From a virus, in the IMG/VR virus record IMGVR_UViG_3300020040_000044, positions 1 through 6,006 of that record: 6,006 nucleotides of DNA; one strand, given 5' to 3'. Under the pieces are notes generated by a model that made no database searches, had not been told where the DNA came from, and saw nothing but the letters and a program-made list of their open reading frames with translations. Made by a program: the position numbers and the translations under genes. Positions 5,650-6,006 of this stretch are shown piece after piece; position 1 is the stretch's first letter; the number at the start of each line of letters is the position of its first letter.

Positions 5650-5806
5650 CGAAGACGGGGTGATCCTTACTCGAGAAGAAACGGATCAAGCGATTTACAA
5701 AACAATAAAAGTCCACGTCGAGAAGAAAACGGATCAGCAAGGTCAAACGCACGCATACACCACCCGTGTCGTAAAAAAGTGTGGTGTTCAATTTCAACTG
5801 TTCTAA
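5600..5806 (+). CDS. Hypothetical protein, 68 aa
   Basis: ATG 5600 starts an ORF in the +1 frame relative to the previous ORF, with a 50-nt overlap. It ends at TAA 5804-5806, 1 nt before the lipoprotein ATG. An in-frame GTG at 5660 would remove the overlap. No motif recognised. Confidence 0.4.
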   Translation: MECSQRGTIYHKQTIVDEDGVILTREETDQAIYKTIKVHVEKKTDQQGQTHAYTTRVVKKCGVQFQLF

Positions 5807-5807
5807 C

Positions 5808-6006
5808 ATGAATGAAAAAAACAAAGGTTTTCTTGAGTCCACGGGATGGACAAAGAACAAGACGATCGTTGCGATCATCATGATCATTTGCGCAACAGCG
5901 GTCGTGCTGCTTACAAGTTGCAATGCAAAACAATTCGTAAGTCAGTCGGCATCTACTTTCAAAAACGGAGACACTGTTATTACGAAAATCACGTACGAAC
6001 AGGTCG
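5808..6006 (+). CDS. Small predicted lipoprotein, 71 aa; 5' part plus duplicated segment. The true gene is 5808-5885 joined to 1-138 on the circle.
   Basis: ATG at 5808 lies 1 nt after the TAA of the preceding ORF (5804-5806). My translation is MNEKNKGFLESTGWTKNKTIVAIIMIICATAVVLLTSCNAKQFVSQSASTFKNGDTVITKITYEQVGTIKK. It has a Lys-containing n-region and a 17-residue hydrophobic core. A lipobox-like L-T-S-C places Cys38 at 5919-5921 (= 34-36). The frame stays open to the window end and continues in frame 1 from base 1 to TGA 136-138. Confidence 0.6.
   Translation, partial: MNEKNKGFLESTGWTKNKTIVAIIMIICATAVVLLTSCNAKQFVSQSASTFKNGDTVITKITYEQV
5886..6006. repeat. Terminal redundancy, copy 2 (identical to 1-121)
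   Basis: Same comparison as copy 1. An ORF reads continuously through the junction, which supports circularity rather than a biological terminal repeat. Confidence 0.97.

Larger units (their letters stand above)
1..5885 (+). other. One complete unit of a circular Microviridae (ssDNA phage) genome, 5885 nt
   Basis: Exact 121-nt overlap between the window ends. The capsid (F/VP1), pilot (H/VP2) and Rep (A/VP4) genes are all co-oriented with very little non-coding sequence. The size is typical of Microviridae. Confidence 0.9.

Noticed and set aside
224-5933. All minus-strand track ORFs (224-583, 850-1056, 2149-2433, 2575-2848, 3107-3658, 3655-4174, 4215-4685, 5287-5547, 5609-5933)
   Set aside because: Each is antisense to a + strand gene that has strong motif support or tight operon packing. 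Microviridae transcribe a single strand. The products are Cys/Phe/Arg/Ser-rich with no recognisable domains, which is typical of antisense frames of A-rich genes.
1-6006. CRISPR arrays, tRNA/rRNA genes, integrase/transposase, toxin-antitoxin or other defence cassettes
   Set aside because: There are no spaced direct-repeat arrays and no cloverleaf-compatible segments in the two short non-coding regions. No ORF carries recombinase, nuclease-defence or RT motifs. The coding capacity is fully taken up by microvirus core genes and small ORFs.

Overview
The window is one complete circular ssDNA phage genome of the family Microviridae, written linearly with an overlap. Bases 1-121 are identical to 5886-6006, so the unit length is 5885 nt. 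All credible genes lie on the + strand and are tightly packed, with ATGA and short overlaps. Three hallmark genes are recognisable from protein motifs: a large F/VP1-type major capsid protein (415-2493), an H/VP2-type DNA pilot protein (2960-4036), and an A/VP4-type rolling-circle replication initiator (4273-5199). The rest is small ORFs with no function I can assign. They include a 71-aa predicted lipoprotein whose ORF spans the linearisation point and is therefore missing from the ORF track (5808-5885 joined to 1-138). A 91-aa protein with a hydrophobic C-terminus is ATGA-coupled to the capsid gene. A 108-aa acidic protein follows the capsid gene, and three small overlapping ORFs follow the Rep gene. 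There are only two non-coding regions (2824-2959 and 4037-4272), and both are highly structured. The first holds a perfect GC hairpin and a T10A8 tract. The second holds hairpins, a terminator-like stem plus T-run, an expanded direct repeat around GGCCGGCC, and a 32-aa very basic sORF resembling the phiX174 J DNA-packaging protein. The large capsid protein, the ~5.9 kb size and the A-rich leaders without Shine-Dalgarno motifs suggest an Alpavirinae-like microvirus of a Bacteroidota host; this is inference, not shown. I saw no tRNA, rRNA, CRISPR array, integrase or transposase.
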